NCBI GenBank assembly: GCA_002709075.1
Contig: PAPV01000002.1
Coordinates: 31,098 to 95,097, forward strand
Direction of reading: 5' to 3'
DNA: 64,000 bases
Source: Rhodospirillaceae bacterium
GTDB taxonomy: Bacteria; Pseudomonadota; Alphaproteobacteria; MPNO01; UBA2964
The notes under the pieces are model-generated. The model made no database searches, had not been told where the DNA came from, and saw nothing but the letters and a program-made list of their open reading frames with translations. This document shows, piece by piece, positions 1 to 10,701 of this stretch; position 1 is the stretch's first letter; every line of letters begins with the position of its first letter. The position numbers were made by a program, and so were the translations under genes.

Positions 1-52
1 GAATAATATAATTTCTGTTTTGTATGTTTCTAAACAAAATCCAGTTTTCAAA

Positions 53-1465
53 TTAAAGTCTCTCAATCCTCAGCACGTTGGTGGCACCCGGTGTCCCAAA
101 TGGAACCCCCGCTGTAACAATTAGATGTTGAGTAGGTGTTGCAAATTCGAAACGTCTAGCCATTTCTCGCGCTTTATCAATCATGGCAGAGAAATCTCGA
201 ACATCTTCCGCAACAACACACTGTACGCCCCATACTACTGAGAGCTTTCGTGCTGTACGAAGTCTCTCCGTAAGGCATAAAATTGGCACATTTGGCCTTT
301 CTCGTGCAGCTCTTATGGAGGTGGATCCTGATGTAGTGTACGTAACAATTACTGCCGCGGAGATTGTCTTTGCAACCTGTCGTGCAGCAGCAGAAATAGC
401 ATCGGCTGTAGTAGCTTCTGGCGCAGTATTTTGGGCAGCTGTTTGTTCCCAAAAACCTGGGTCACGTTCCACGCGGCAAATAATCTTATGCATAATTTCC
501 ACTGCTTCAACTGAATATTCACCAATAGCTGTTTCTGCCGATAGCATCACTGCATCTGCTTGGTCATAGATTGCTGTTGCAATGTCAGAGGCCTCCGCGC
601 GAGTTGGCGTCGGAGAGGAAATCATTGACTCTAACATTTGTGTGGCAACAACAACTGGTACTCCCTGTTTTCGGCATGCACGAATTATTCTTTTCTGTAT
701 TATTGGCACGTCCTCGGCCGGCATTTCAACACCAAGATCGCCACGTGCTACCATAACAGCATCTGACATGGATACAATTTCATCAAGATGGTCTATGGAA
801 CTTGGCTTCTCAATCTTTGCCATCACCGCGGCTCTATTATTGATAAGCTTTTTTGCTTCTTCGATGTCTTCTGGCCGCTGAATAAAGCTTAGTCCAATGT
901 AATCAACTTGTTGCGCGAGTGCAAAATCCAAATCAGTTTGGTCCTTTTCGGTAATTGCAGAAATAGGAAGTACCACGTTGGGAATATTTAAACCTTTATT
1001 GTTCGAAAGTCTTCCACCAGTTATGACATATGTATCAGCATAATCTTCACCCACCTTTTTCACACAAAGGCATAATTTTCCGTCATCGAGAAGAATATGC
1101 GTGCCCTCTGTTATAGATTGGAAAATTTCTGGATGAGGTATACCGACCCGGGTTTTGTCGCCCGCAAACTCGTTAAGGTCAAGTCTGAATAGTGCACCTG
1201 CCTCCAAATACACTGAGCCGTCAACAAAATCACCCACTCGGAGCTTCGGACCTTGCAGGTCTGTTAAAATACCAATTGGTCGACCGATATCTTTTTCTAA
1301 AGAACGGATAGTTTTTATTCGCTTCGCTTGCTCGTTATAATCCCCATGACTGAAGTTAAGTCTAAAGACATCTGCTCCAGCATCAAAAAGGGCTCTTATT
1401 TTCTCCGGGGTCTCCGAGTTAGGGCCCAAAGTGCTAATTATTTTTGCCTGTTTATAACGGCGCAT
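53..1465 (-). CDS. pyk: pyruvate kinase
   Basis: Motifs KIISTLGP, FRLNFSHG, DLQGPKLR, AKIEKP, MVARGDLGVE, ATQMLESM, PTRAE. Start moved to the ATG at 1465 (MRRYKQAK). Confidence 0.97.
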   Translation of the reverse strand: MRRYKQAKIISTLGPNSETPEKIRALFDAGADVFRLNFSHGDYNEQAKRIKTIRSLEKDIGRPIGILTDLQGPKLRVGDFVDGSVYLEAGALFRLDLNEFAGDKTRVGIPHPEIFQSITEGTHILLDDGKLCLCVKKVGEDYADTYVITGGRLSNNKGLNIPNVVLPISAITEKDQTDLDFALAQQVDYIGLSFIQRPEDIEEAKKLINNRAAVMAKIEKPSSIDHLDEIVSMSDAVMVARGDLGVEMPAEDVPIIQKRIIRACRKQGVPVVVATQMLESMISSPTPTRAEASDIATAIYDQADAVMLSAETAIGEYSVEAVEIMHKIICRVERDPGFWEQTAAQNTAPEATTADAISAAARQVAKTISAAVIVTYTTSGSTSIRAARERPNVPILCLTERLRTARKLSVVWGVQCVVAEDVRDFSAMIDKAREMARRFEFATPTQHLIVTAGVPFGTPGATNVLRIERL

Positions 1466-1639
1466 GATACTACTTATACCCGCGGATTGCTTTAAGATCC
1501 AGACCAGGAGTGAATACAAAAAGATCTTTTTTATATATTTTGGTTGAACCAGTTAAAAAAAAGCCCAGAAGGCTGGAAAAGAAGATGCATATTATATCGT
1601 TTGTGCACAAACTCCTTTTCAGCGTATTTCGTCAAGACT

Positions 1640-1990
1640 GTGTGGTATTGTCTGAGCTCACCTCCGTTTATCGCAAGTGAGTTCATTTATATCACCCTTT
1701 CCCTCAGATCCCAGAGAGTGCAAGAGGTCATTCTGTCTTTCTGCTGCCAGTTCAATTCGAGCCCCGTGCTTAGAGGCCAAAATATTATCTTACCGCCAGT
1801 AGAAGTAATTTGTCATCGGGCAAAATGGAAAGCTTTCAATTGCTCTGGGCATACGAACAATTGATTTTTCAGCTCCAACTGCTGCTAATGTGCAAAAAGG
1901 TGGTGGAGGTAGAAAGGACTTAATGGTTTCACAGATCGGCCGATCAAAGAGCTTCAAAAAAATTCTAATAGAAGGGTTATTATTATTCTG
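1640..1990 (-). pseudogene. probable decayed glycerate kinase (GckA/TtuD-type) remnant
   Basis: Manual minus-strand translation gives FLKLFD...FLPPPPFCTLAAVGAEKSIVRMPRAIE, then a stop and frameshifts, then ...DINELTCDKRR*. This resembles the family N-terminus (LFD...LPPPPKGRxxVVGAGKA..MARAVE) and its EMNCVR motif. Co-oriented upstream of pyk. Ends approximate. Confidence 0.4.
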
Positions 1991-2058
1991 TTATATTGGT
2001 GGATTTTTTGGCAATCTTACTACAACGTAAAAACCTTTGATATATGGGAGATAACATT

Positions 2059-2376
2059 ATGACTGAAATTGATGAGGTAACACGAATAAAATTGGAGTCT
2101 GCTGCATTTCGAAAACTAGTGGCACATCTGCAAAAACGCAATGATGTGCAAAACATTGATTTAATGAATTTGTCTGGATTTTGCAGAAATTGCCTCAGCA
2201 AGTGGTACAAAGGCGCTGCGGCAGAGCAGGGTTTAGAAATTGATATAGATCTTGCCCGGGAACATGTATACGGTATGACTTACGATGAATGGAAAGATAA
2301 ATATCAAGAGGAGGCAACGGCACAGCAGCAGGCAGATTTTAAAAAAGTTTTGGCAAATCCAAATCTGACATCGTAA
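2059..2376 (+). CDS. DUF1244 family protein
   Basis: ESAAFRKLVAHL, DVQNIDLMNLSGFCRNCL and REHVYGMTYDEWK signature; GGGAGA RBS before the ATG at 2059. Confidence 0.9.
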   Translation: MTEIDEVTRIKLESAAFRKLVAHLQKRNDVQNIDLMNLSGFCRNCLSKWYKGAAAEQGLEIDIDLAREHVYGMTYDEWKDKYQEEATAQQQADFKKVLANPNLTS

Positions 2377-2466
2377 CAAGCAAGAAAACCTAAAAAATGT
2401 TAATTGAAATATTAAACGAGCTTGGTTGATTGCATCTCCCAGACCATAAAATTTTGATGGAAAGAT

Positions 2467-2772
2467 ATGATGACACAGGTTACTGGAACAATAGCTAAAA
2501 ATCAGCTGCGCGCATTTATCGAGAGTATTGAAAGACTTGAAGATGAGAAGTTAGATCTGATGGCTGATATAAGGGAGGTTTATGCTGAAGCGAAGGGAAT
2601 GGGTTATGATACAAAAATTATGCGACAAGTTGTCAGCATACGCAAAAAGGATTTCGAGAAGCGTCGGGAAGAAGAGTTTGTTTTAGAGACCTATCTAAGT
2701 GCACTTGATATGCTAGACAAGTCCGGAGGTGCAACCGGAGAAATCAGGAAAACTGTAAACCTAATTGAATGA
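2467..2772 (+). CDS. gapR: GapR/DUF2312 (UPF0335) nucleoid-associated DNA-binding protein
   Basis: [16 protein letters not shown]...[24 protein letters not shown]...YLSAL signature. Confidence 0.9.
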   Translation: MMTQVTGTIAKNQLRAFIESIERLEDEKLDLMADIREVYAEAKGMGYDTKIMRQVVSIRKKDFEKRREEEFVLETYLSALDMLDKSGGATGEIRKTVNLIE

Positions 2773-2778
2773 AATGTT

Positions 2779-3480
2779 TCAAAACACCTCTCCATTAGGA
2801 CGAAGTTCAATCTCCCATGCCCATGCATTTGAAGGTTGTTGCAGGAACTGCCAATACACGTCAGCTATTGCATCAGGGTCAAGTGACCTATCATTAAGTT
2901 CCGCATCGGCGGATGTCTCATCTAATTTTTTTTTGATTCTACCATCTATAATGAAATGACCCACATGTATTTTTTTTGGGTGTAGTTCACGAGCAAGAGA
3001 TTGTGCAAGCCCTCTAAGACCAAATTTTCCCATCGCAAATGCTGCTGACTTAGGGTAACCCTTTATACTAGCAGAAGCACCGGTAAAAAATATAGCTCCT
3101 TTACCTCGAGGTACCATTCGCTTGGCGGCTTGCTGCGCGACAAGAAACCCTCCGAAACAAGAAGTTGTTAAAGCCTGAAGAACTTGTTCGGGTTTAATTT
3201 CGGTTATTGGTCCTCTTACTCGGCTAGATGCGTTATATATTACGACATCTGGGTCCCCAAAGTGCTTATTGATTTTGGAGAATAATAACTCGACTTCATT
3301 TTGGTTTGTTGCGTCACAACGATAAGCTGTGGCTTTTGTATGATTGCAAAGTGTTGAGAGTTTGTGAGTATTTCTTGCTGCAAGAACGACTTGCATGTCC
3401 TCTGATAAAAAACGTTGGGTCAAGCAAGCGCTTAAACCGGATCCAGCTCCGACTATTAAGGCAAGCTTTTCTTTTGGCAT
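2779..3480 (-). CDS. short-chain dehydrogenase/reductase (SDR)
   Basis: GAGSGLS Rossmann motif, YNAS, FTGASAS, FAMGKFGLRGLAQSLARE, and the AWAWEIELRP tail of this subfamily. Confidence 0.88.
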   Translation of the reverse strand: MPKEKLALIVGAGSGLSACLTQRFLSEDMQVVLAARNTHKLSTLCNHTKATAYRCDATNQNEVELLFSKINKHFGDPDVVIYNASSRVRGPITEIKPEQVLQALTTSCFGGFLVAQQAAKRMVPRGKGAIFFTGASASIKGYPKSAAFAMGKFGLRGLAQSLARELHPKKIHVGHFIIDGRIKKKLDETSADAELNDRSLDPDAIADVYWQFLQQPSNAWAWEIELRPNGEVF

Positions 3481-3491
3481 CGTTTGCTCTC

Positions 3492-4052
3492 CTAATTTGT
3501 TTTTACACGATCAACTATTCCGCGAACCCTGCTTGTTTGCCTTATAATGCGAACTATCTCCGCTTTTTCAGACGGAAAACGAGCGTATCCCAAAATATAA
3601 ACGGTGTCGTTTACCACTCGCCATCTGTAATTAAGGGATTTAATATTCTTTGTTGCAAGCAATTGCGCCCTGATTTTTGCGTCAATCCAGATATCATTTG
3701 ATGTATTTCTTGGGCTTTGTGTCACTTGAATATCATTGTAGAGTTTCTGTACTCCGATCAATCCTCTTACTAGACTACCAGCATTTTGTTTCTTGATTTC
3801 ATTTTCTACTGTGCCGGTAAGCATCACCCTTCCGGCGAAAACATCAACTTTTATGGAGAAGAAAAGCGGCCGGTTTTTGCCACTTAAAAGTCGTTTGTTG
3901 ATGTTAAGTATTATCTCAGTATCCGTCAAAGTTTGTTCGCGGGAACGATCATCACCGAATGTGGCTAAGGTGCCGCTGCAATTCGTTAGTGCAGGTACAA
4001 ATGCCAATAAAAACAATGCAATAAGGCTTTTAACAAAAAAATTATTACCCAT
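3492..4052 (-). CDS. dual-BON-domain lipoprotein (DolP/OsmY-like)
   Basis: Hydrophobic signal with lipobox LTNC; two BON repeats (GRVMLTGTV; DIWIDAKIRAQL...VYILG). Confidence 0.8.
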   Translation of the reverse strand: MGNNFFVKSLIALFLLAFVPALTNCSGTLATFGDDRSREQTLTDTEIILNINKRLLSGKNRPLFFSIKVDVFAGRVMLTGTVENEIKKQNAGSLVRGLIGVQKLYNDIQVTQSPRNTSNDIWIDAKIRAQLLATKNIKSLNYRWRVVNDTVYILGYARFPSEKAEIVRIIRQTSRVRGIVDRVKTN

Positions 4053-5835
4053 AGAGACTCTCCAATTTATCCATGTAATAATTGCGTATTACGTGTCTTC
4101 TTACCTTAAGCGTAGGTGTCAGCATTTCGTTCTCTATGGTGAATTCTTCATTTGAAATAATAAAACTTCTTATGCGTTCAATCGATGACAATTTTGAGTT
4201 AACACGGTCAACGACCTTTGTTATTTCTTTTTTCAAGTTTACATCTTCGAATAAAGATTCGGCATTCTCATTATATTTTAAACTTTTCTCCGCCCACGCT
4301 TTTAAGAATTCTGCATCTAAGATTAAAAGAGCTACCAAATGTGGCCGTGCATCACCGTGAACCATAGCTTGATGTATTTCGGGTTCGGCCACCAAATAAC
4401 CCTCTACACGTTGTGGTGAAATGTTATCGCCACCTGAATTGATAATTATATCCTTTTTACGGTCGGTGATACGCAGATGCCCATCCAGATCAATAGTTCC
4501 AATGTCTCCGGTATGCAGCCAATTATCTACAATTGTATCTTTTGTGGCTGAGGCATTATTCCAATATCCTTGCATGACGAGTGCACCTTTAACCAAAATT
4601 TCCCCATCTTCCGCTATTTTTACCTCTGCTTCACTAAATGGAATGCCAACAGTATCAATACGAAATCCTGTCGGCGGATTAACACTTATTACAGGACCAG
4701 ACTCAGTTTGGCCGTATCCCTGCAGCAGTCTGATACCTAGCCCAGTGAAGAACATACCAACTTCATAATTAAGGGGTGCACCACCTGAGATAAAAGCTTT
4801 CAGGTTGCCGCCAAATTTTTCTGCAATTTTTTTCCTTACAAGTTTTTCAAGAAACAAATCCTGTAATTTTTGAAAGGGGCTGAGATAACCTGACTCGAAT
4901 TGTTTTTGCCCTAACTGCAAACATTTTAGGAATAGTCTCTTTTGCATACCCCCAGTTTTTTCAATATTTCTTAAAATACGATCACGTATAGTCTCGTACA
5001 GTCTAGGGACCGCGGTCATCAGTGTAGGTTTTACCTCTTCAATATTAGCTATCAGTTTGTCTATGCTCTCTGCATAAAAAATCTGCGCACCAAGACTGAT
5101 TGGCCAGAAAAGACCTGCGGTATGCTCATAGGAGTGTGATAATGGTAAAAATGAAAGAAACTTTTCATCAGTTAATCCGATTTTACTCAACGTACGAGTT
5201 GCGTCTCTGCAATTACTTAAAATTCCGCCATGGGAACAAATAACTCCTTTTGGAGTACCCCCAGTTCCCGATGTATAAATTAGGCACGCTATACTTTCAC
5301 TGGTAAGCTCTGATGCAAACTTACGCAATACTTCAGTACCATTATCAAGTTCACTGGACAGAATATCGTTTAACAAAAGCACTTTTTTTTTGCTTGTTAT
5401 TTCTGGAATGCTGCCTTCAATTAGTAAAATTAATTTGACACTGTCGGCTCTCTCCGCAGCTGGAAGGACACGGTTGAGTAAGTTAGTATTAGAAACAATG
5501 ATTATTGCGGCACCACTGTCATTCATAACATGCAAATGATCATTTGCAGTATTGGTTGTATATGCAGGAACTGTAATGCCACCTGAGGCCATAATTGCTA
5601 AATCAGCCATCGGCCATTCTACTCGGTTTTCAGACACGAGTAACACTCGATCTTTAGCCTTAATTCCATTTGATTTTAGGGCTTTCGCAATTCTAGCAGT
5701 CAAATTTGCACTTTCTGTCCAGCTATGCGGTGTCCATGTTCCGTTGATTTTTTCCCACGCAAAGGGTTTATTCTGTTTTTCATCGGCTTTGTCGGCAAAA
5801 AGTGTTACTAAGTCTTTCTGTTCAGTTTGATTCAT
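4045..5835 (-). CDS. long-chain fatty acid-CoA ligase (AMP-dependent synthetase)
   Basis: IYTSGTGGTPKGV, LPLSHSYE, QGYGQTE, WLHTGDIG, ITDRKKD, LTPTLKVRR. Confidence 0.92.
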   Translation of the reverse strand: MNQTEQKDLVTLFADKADEKQNKPFAWEKINGTWTPHSWTESANLTARIAKALKSNGIKAKDRVLLVSENRVEWPMADLAIMASGGITVPAYTTNTANDHLHVMNDSGAAIIIVSNTNLLNRVLPAAERADSVKLILLIEGSIPEITSKKKVLLLNDILSSELDNGTEVLRKFASELTSESIACLIYTSGTGGTPKGVICSHGGILSNCRDATRTLSKIGLTDEKFLSFLPLSHSYEHTAGLFWPISLGAQIFYAESIDKLIANIEEVKPTLMTAVPRLYETIRDRILRNIEKTGGMQKRLFLKCLQLGQKQFESGYLSPFQKLQDLFLEKLVRKKIAEKFGGNLKAFISGGAPLNYEVGMFFTGLGIRLLQGYGQTESGPVISVNPPTGFRIDTVGIPFSEAEVKIAEDGEILVKGALVMQGYWNNASATKDTIVDNWLHTGDIGTIDLDGHLRITDRKKDIIINSGGDNISPQRVEGYLVAEPEIHQAMVHGDARPHLVALLILDAEFLKAWAEKSLKYNENAESLFEDVNLKKEITKVVDRVNSKLSSIERIRSFIISNEEFTIENEMLTPTLKVRRHVIRNYYMDKLESLYG

Positions 5836-5927
5836 TTATTTATCCGAAAATGTATAATTAATATTTTAATGTTGTTTGGGTTGCGAGCACTGAAGCCCTA
5901 TATCAAGAGACATATTATTCAGTTATT

Positions 5928-7727
5928 TTGTTAGGAAAACCCGTGAACCAAATTATACCCAAAAAAAGTGAAACCTTACCTTCTTGGGATTTATCAGATT
6001 TGTATGTGTCGCCAGATGATGCAGCTCTTAAGAAGGATTTATTGTCAGTAGAACGAAAGGCGAAAAACTTTCACAAGAAATTTCGCAATAAAATCAAACA
6101 AATGGACGGGGCAGCGTTGGCACGAAGCATAGTTTTGTATGAAAAAATTGACGAGGATCTAAGCCGTATAATGAGCTACGCTCAGTTAGTCCATGCGGGA
6201 CAAGTAACCGATTCCAAAATTGGAAAATTCTATCAGACAATTCAAGAACGAGTGATGGCAATTTCTGCTAATCTTGTTTTTTTTACTATTGAACTTAACG
6301 CAATTGGGGAACGATCGTTATCACAGAAGCTGAAATCAAATCATTTGAAGAATTATGCTTCCTGGTTATCTGACTTGCGGGCATTTAGAAATTATCAGTT
6401 AGATGAAAAAACAGAACGTTTGTTGATTGACAAACAGATTTCTGGGCGGTCAGCTTGGAATAGGCTCTTTGATGAAACTATGGCTCGGATGAGTTTCAGG
6501 GTGATGGGTAAACAAAAAACCATCGAACAGGTTTTAAATATGCTATCCGACTCGGATGGAAAAAACAGGAAAGCGGGTGCAAAGGCCCTTGGCAAAGAGT
6601 TAGAAAAAAAGCAGGAGCTATTTGCTCTCATAACAAACACACTTGCAAAAGATAAAGAAATTGAGGATCGTTGGCGGGGTTATCCATCTGCTCAGTCGTC
6701 ACGAAATCTCAGTAACCAAGTAGACGATGAAGTCGTTAACGCACTTACGGCGGCAGTAAAAACTTCCTATACAGATTTGTCTCATCGTTATTACAAATTA
6801 AAAGCTGAATGGTTTGGTAAACGCGCATTAGACTATTGGGATCGAAATGCACCGTTACCCAATACAGGAAATACTTTTTATAGTTGGGATGATGCTAAAG
6901 CTCTCGTGATAGAAGCATATACAAATTTTTCACCAAAACTTGGGAGTATTGGAAAACTTTTTTTTGTTAATAACTGGATTGATGCCGAGCCCAGAGCGGG
7001 TAAAATGTCCGGTGCATTTGCTCATCCTACAGTTCCTTCGGCACATCCTTATTTGTTACTCAATTTCATGGGGCGCCCACGCGATGTAATGACCCTCGCG
7101 CACGAACTGGGACATGGAATCCATCAAATTCTGGCCGGTGCACAAGGGCATCTGAAATGTGAAACACCGCTCACATTAGCAGAGACAGCAAGTGTTTTTG
7201 GCGAAATGCTTACGTTTCGGTCATTGCTCGATCAGGAAAAAGATCCTGCACAGCGCAAAACGTTTTTAGCGGGCAAAGTTGAAGACATGCTTAACACAGT
7301 GGTCCGACAAATTGCATTCTATGACTTTGAGTTACGTGTTCACGAACAAAGGCGCCAGGGTGAATTATCTGTTGACCAAATTTGCGATATTTGGTTGACC
7401 GTGCAAAGTGAGAGCTTAGGGCCTGCAATTCGCTTGCATAATGAATACAAATATTTCTGGTGTTATATTCCACATTTCATTCATTCACCTTTCTACGTAT
7501 ACGCTTATGCATTCGGCGATTGTCTTGTAAATGCTTTGTATTCCCAGTATGAAAAGTCTAAACATGGGTTTTCTGAGCATTACATTAAAATGCTGAAGGC
7601 GGGTGGAACTCTTCGGCACAAGGAGTTGTTAGCCCCTTTTAACTTAGATGCCTCCGATCCTCTTTTTTGGTCAAAAGGTCTAGGGGTTATAGCAAATTTA
7701 ATCGATCAACTTGAAGAATTAGGATAA
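5928..7727 (+). CDS. pepF: M3B oligoendopeptidase F
   Basis: WDLSDLY N-terminus, GKMSGAF, HELGH zinc motif, AETAS, HFIHSPFYVYAY. Start may instead be the GTG at 5943. Confidence 0.92.
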   Translation: MLGKPVNQIIPKKSETLPSWDLSDLYVSPDDAALKKDLLSVERKAKNFHKKFRNKIKQMDGAALARSIVLYEKIDEDLSRIMSYAQLVHAGQVTDSKIGKFYQTIQERVMAISANLVFFTIELNAIGERSLSQKLKSNHLKNYASWLSDLRAFRNYQLDEKTERLLIDKQISGRSAWNRLFDETMARMSFRVMGKQKTIEQVLNMLSDSDGKNRKAGAKALGKELEKKQELFALITNTLAKDKEIEDRWRGYPSAQSSRNLSNQVDDEVVNALTAAVKTSYTDLSHRYYKLKAEWFGKRALDYWDRNAPLPNTGNTFYSWDDAKALVIEAYTNFSPKLGSIGKLFFVNNWIDAEPRAGKMSGAFAHPTVPSAHPYLLLNFMGRPRDVMTLAHELGHGIHQILAGAQGHLKCETPLTLAETASVFGEMLTFRSLLDQEKDPAQRKTFLAGKVEDMLNTVVRQIAFYDFELRVHEQRRQGELSVDQICDIWLTVQSESLGPAIRLHNEYKYFWCYIPHFIHSPFYVYAYAFGDCLVNALYSQYEKSKHGFSEHYIKMLKAGGTLRHKELLAPFNLDASDPLFWSKGLGVIANLIDQLEELG

Positions 7728-7731
7728 ATTA

Positions 7732-9084
7732 TTGAGTAAAAAACCCATGTTTGAAGGATCAACGGTGCGCGGTCGATTGAAGCGCTACGCGAAAGTCGGA
7801 TCTGCAGTTAGCGGGTTGGCGGTAAAAATGGCTGGAAACCGATATCTCGGTATGGAGCTAGATAAAGATAAGCATGCGCGAGATCTCAAAGAGGCCCTTG
7901 GGGGCCTTAAAGGGCCTCTTATGAAAGTTGCACAAATCATGTCTACTGTTCCCGACATGCTACCTCCAGAGTATGTAGAGGAATTGGGAGAATTACAGTC
8001 TAATGCTCCTTCAATGGGATGGTTATTTGTTCGGCGAAGAATGGCAATGGAGTTGGGTCAAAATTGGCAAAAACATTTTGTAAAGTTTGGTCGCGAGGCG
8101 GCGGCTGCAGCTTCGCTTGGTCAAGTGCACAAGGCTTCAGACGGGAAAAATGATTTAGCATGCAAGCTTCAATACCCGGACATGCAATCGGCAGTTGAAG
8201 CTGATCTTAAACAGCTTAAATTGATTTTTGCAATTTATCGGCGGTACGATAAGGCAATCGATCCCTCTGAAATTCATTCGGAAGTGGCATCGCGTTTACT
8301 CGAAGAGCTCGATTATAACCGTGAAGCTGCCCATATGCGTATGTATAGAGACATACTTCGATCTGTAAAAAAAGTTCATGTGCCTGAGGAATTTCCCAGT
8401 CTTTCGACCTCGCGCCTACTAACTATGACGTGGTTGCAGGGGAAAAACTTACTAACTATTAAGGATAAACCTCAGGAATACCGGAATAAGGTTGCTGAAA
8501 ATCTTTTTCGCGCTTGGTATGTGCCATTTTATGGTTATGGTGTTATTCACGGAGATCCGCATCTTGGTAATTATTCTGTGAGGTCTGATGGATCGATAAA
8601 CCTTTTAGATTTTGGTTGTATTAGGGTATTTACTGGAAAGTTTGTAAGGGGAGTCATTGATCTTTATCGTGCTTTAGAAAAAAATAATGAGGAAATGGCT
8701 GTACATGCTTTTGAAACCTGGGGTTTTAAAAAACTGTCCAAAGAAAAAATAGATGTGCTGGTTCAGTGGGCTGAGTTTCTCTACGCACCTTTATTAGAAG
8801 ACGCGGCTCGACCAATTCAGGATGGAGATGGGAAGATGTACGGTGCTGAAGTTGCTGCCAAAGTTCATCGCGAGTTACAACTCCTAGGAGGTGTCAAACC
8901 ACCGCGCGAATTCGTGCTTATGGATCGTGCAGCAATTGGTCTTGGGTCTGTGTTCACGCATTTGAGGGCGGAAGTTAATTGGCACAGATTGTTTCATGGT
9001 CTCATAGATGACTTTGATGGGAGAATTCTTGAAGATAAACAGAATTGTGCATTGAGAAAGGCGGGCGTGCCTCAAGTATTATGA
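7732..9084 (+). CDS. ABC1/AarF/UbiB (Coq8-like) atypical kinase
   Basis: [10 protein letters not shown] (KxxQ), [32 protein letters not shown]. Confidence 0.9.
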   Translation: MSKKPMFEGSTVRGRLKRYAKVGSAVSGLAVKMAGNRYLGMELDKDKHARDLKEALGGLKGPLMKVAQIMSTVPDMLPPEYVEELGELQSNAPSMGWLFVRRRMAMELGQNWQKHFVKFGREAAAAASLGQVHKASDGKNDLACKLQYPDMQSAVEADLKQLKLIFAIYRRYDKAIDPSEIHSEVASRLLEELDYNREAAHMRMYRDILRSVKKVHVPEEFPSLSTSRLLTMTWLQGKNLLTIKDKPQEYRNKVAENLFRAWYVPFYGYGVIHGDPHLGNYSVRSDGSINLLDFGCIRVFTGKFVRGVIDLYRALEKNNEEMAVHAFETWGFKKLSKEKIDVLVQWAEFLYAPLLEDAARPIQDGDGKMYGAEVAAKVHRELQLLGGVKPPREFVLMDRAAIGLGSVFTHLRAEVNWHRLFHGLIDDFDGRILEDKQNCALRKAGVPQVL

Positions 9085-9103
9085 GTTAAACAAAACATTA
9101 GGC

Positions 9104-9131
9104 TTGCAATGCCCTCTCATTCTGGTAAAAC
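9104..9131 (+). promoter_or_regulatory. candidate sigma70 promoter of rpsU
   Basis: TTGCAA (9104-9109), 16-nt spacer, TAAAAC (9126-9131) preceded by TGG; about 60 nt upstream of rpsU. Confidence 0.35.
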
Positions 9132-9190
9132 AGAAAAATTGGGGCAAAAGCCTATATTATTTTTATGTTTCGGAAGGGGAAGCCGAGCAC

Positions 9191-9394
9191 TTGCAGGTAT
9201 TCGTACGAGATAACAACATAGACGGTGCTCTCAAAGCACTTAAAAAAAAGATGCAAAGGGAGGGCGTTTGGCGTGAAATGAAACGCCACCGCTCTTATGA
9301 AAAGCCTTCTGAACGACGAGTTCGAAAGAAAGCAGAGGCTATCAGAAGATCAAGAAAGCTGGAACGAAAGCGCCAGCAGATAGAGGGTTTTTGA
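9191..9394 (+). CDS. rpsU: 30S ribosomal protein S21
   Basis: [25 protein letters not shown]...YEKPSE; TTG start at 9191 matches the alphaproteobacterial S21 N-terminus. Confidence 0.96.
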   Translation: MQVFVRDNNIDGALKALKKKMQREGVWREMKRHRSYEKPSERRVRKKAEAIRRSRKLERKRQQIEGF

Positions 9395-9415
9395 TGTGCA
9401 TTTAAGTGCACATTA
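9392..9415. terminator. hairpin between convergent rpsU and bioA (possible bidirectional terminator)
   Basis: ATGTGCA-tttaag-TGCACAT inverted repeat in the short convergent gap; weak U-tract. Confidence 0.4.
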
Positions 9416-9420
9416 TAATT

Positions 9421-10701
9421 TCAATAGTCTTTAGACCACTCTTCCAATACTTTTATGATGCTATCAGTGAGATGATGCATCTGTTGTTTATTTAAGATGA
9501 AGGGTGGCATAAGGTAAACAATGTCCCCAAAAGGTCTGACCCATACCCCTTCTTCAACAAAACGCTTTCTGAGCAAAGGTAAATTTTTCCCATTGGCGAC
9601 TTGAACTACCCCTATTGCACCTTTAACTCGAACGTCTACGATACCTGGGATTTTTAGGCATGATTTAAGTTCAGAGCTAAAATGTTTTTCGAGAGCTAAT
9701 ACCTTATTTTTCCATTCCCCGGTTGCAAACAAACTTATAGAGGCCTGTGCGGCTGCACAACCGAGTGGATTGGCCATATAAGTTGGCCCATGCATGAAAG
9801 CATCCAGAGCTTTATTTGTTTGAAACGCTTTCCATACACGCTTGTTGGCTGCTGTTGCCGCCATGCTTATTACACCTCCAGTCATAGCTTTTCCGATGCA
9901 GATTATATCGGGGGCGATAGCCGCTTGATTGCAGGCAAACATAGTTCCTGTTCTTCCAAAACCAGTGGCAATTTCATCAGCTATGAAAAGAATATTTTGG
10001 AGGCTGCAAATATTTCTTATCTTTGATAAAATTTCAGCATCATGAAACTTCATTCCACCAGCTCCTTGAACTAAAGGTTCAAGGATAACTCCTGCAATTT
10101 CTTTATTTCGTGAATTTAAAAGGTTCTCAAAATTACAAAATGCTGTGCTACTGCGGGGGAGGTCGACCATTATTTGTTCTGGGAAAAATCCAGAAAAATG
10201 GGAGTGCATGCCTTCATCGGGATCGCATACCGACATTGCGCCCATCGTGTCACCATGATAGGCGTAGCGGAAACAAATAAATTTCCGACGCTCACTTTGA
10301 CCTTTGTTGTACCAGAACTGCACCGCCATTTTTAGTGCCACTTCCACTGCGACTGAACCGGAATCACAAAAAAAGATATGCTCCAGAGCTTGTTCTGTCT
10401 CTGCACCCGGTAAAATATTTGATAATGTTTTAGCCAGTGACAAAGCCGGTTCATGGGTCAAACCACCAAACATTACGTGCGGCATTATATCTAGTTGTTT
10501 CTGAATTGCTTCGGTAATTTTAGGATGATTATATCCGTGACAGGCTGTCCACCAAGAAGCAATTCCATCCGTTAGCTTACTTCCATCTTCGAGAATAATC
10601 TCCGCGCCGTTTGTAGCCATGGCTTTTAGTGGAGGATCTTCTATATGCATTTGTGTATAAGGACGCCAAAGATGACGTAATCTGCGATCAATCTTTTTCA
10701 T
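9421..10701 (-). CDS. bioA: adenosylmethionine-8-amino-7-oxononanoate aminotransferase
   Basis: [53 protein letters not shown]. Start set at the ATG at 10701, overlapping the end of bioB. Confidence 0.96.
   Translation of the reverse strand: MKKIDRRLRHLWRPYTQMHIEDPPLKAMATNGAEIILEDGSKLTDGIASWWTACHGYNHPKITEAIQKQLDIMPHVMFGGLTHEPALSLAKTLSNILPGAETEQALEHIFFCDSGSVAVEVALKMAVQFWYNKGQSERRKFICFRYAYHGDTMGAMSVCDPDEGMHSHFSGFFPEQIMVDLPRSSTAFCNFENLLNSRNKEIAGVILEPLVQGAGGMKFHDAEILSKIRNICSLQNILFIADEIATGFGRTGTMFACNQAAIAPDIICIGKAMTGGVISMAATAANKRVWKAFQTNKALDAFMHGPTYMANPLGCAAAQASISLFATGEWKNKVLALEKHFSSELKSCLKIPGIVDVRVKGAIGVVQVANGKNLPLLRKRFVEEGVWVRPFGDIVYLMPPFILNKQQMHHLTDSIIKVLEEWSKDY

Noticed and set aside
1544-1864. 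106-aa plus-strand ORF upstream of pyk
   Set aside because: No RBS or family signal; the opposite strand better explains the region as a decayed gene.
2400-2415. CtrA box upstream of gapR
   Set aside because: The TTAA half-sites are 8 nt apart rather than 7, in AT-rich sequence.
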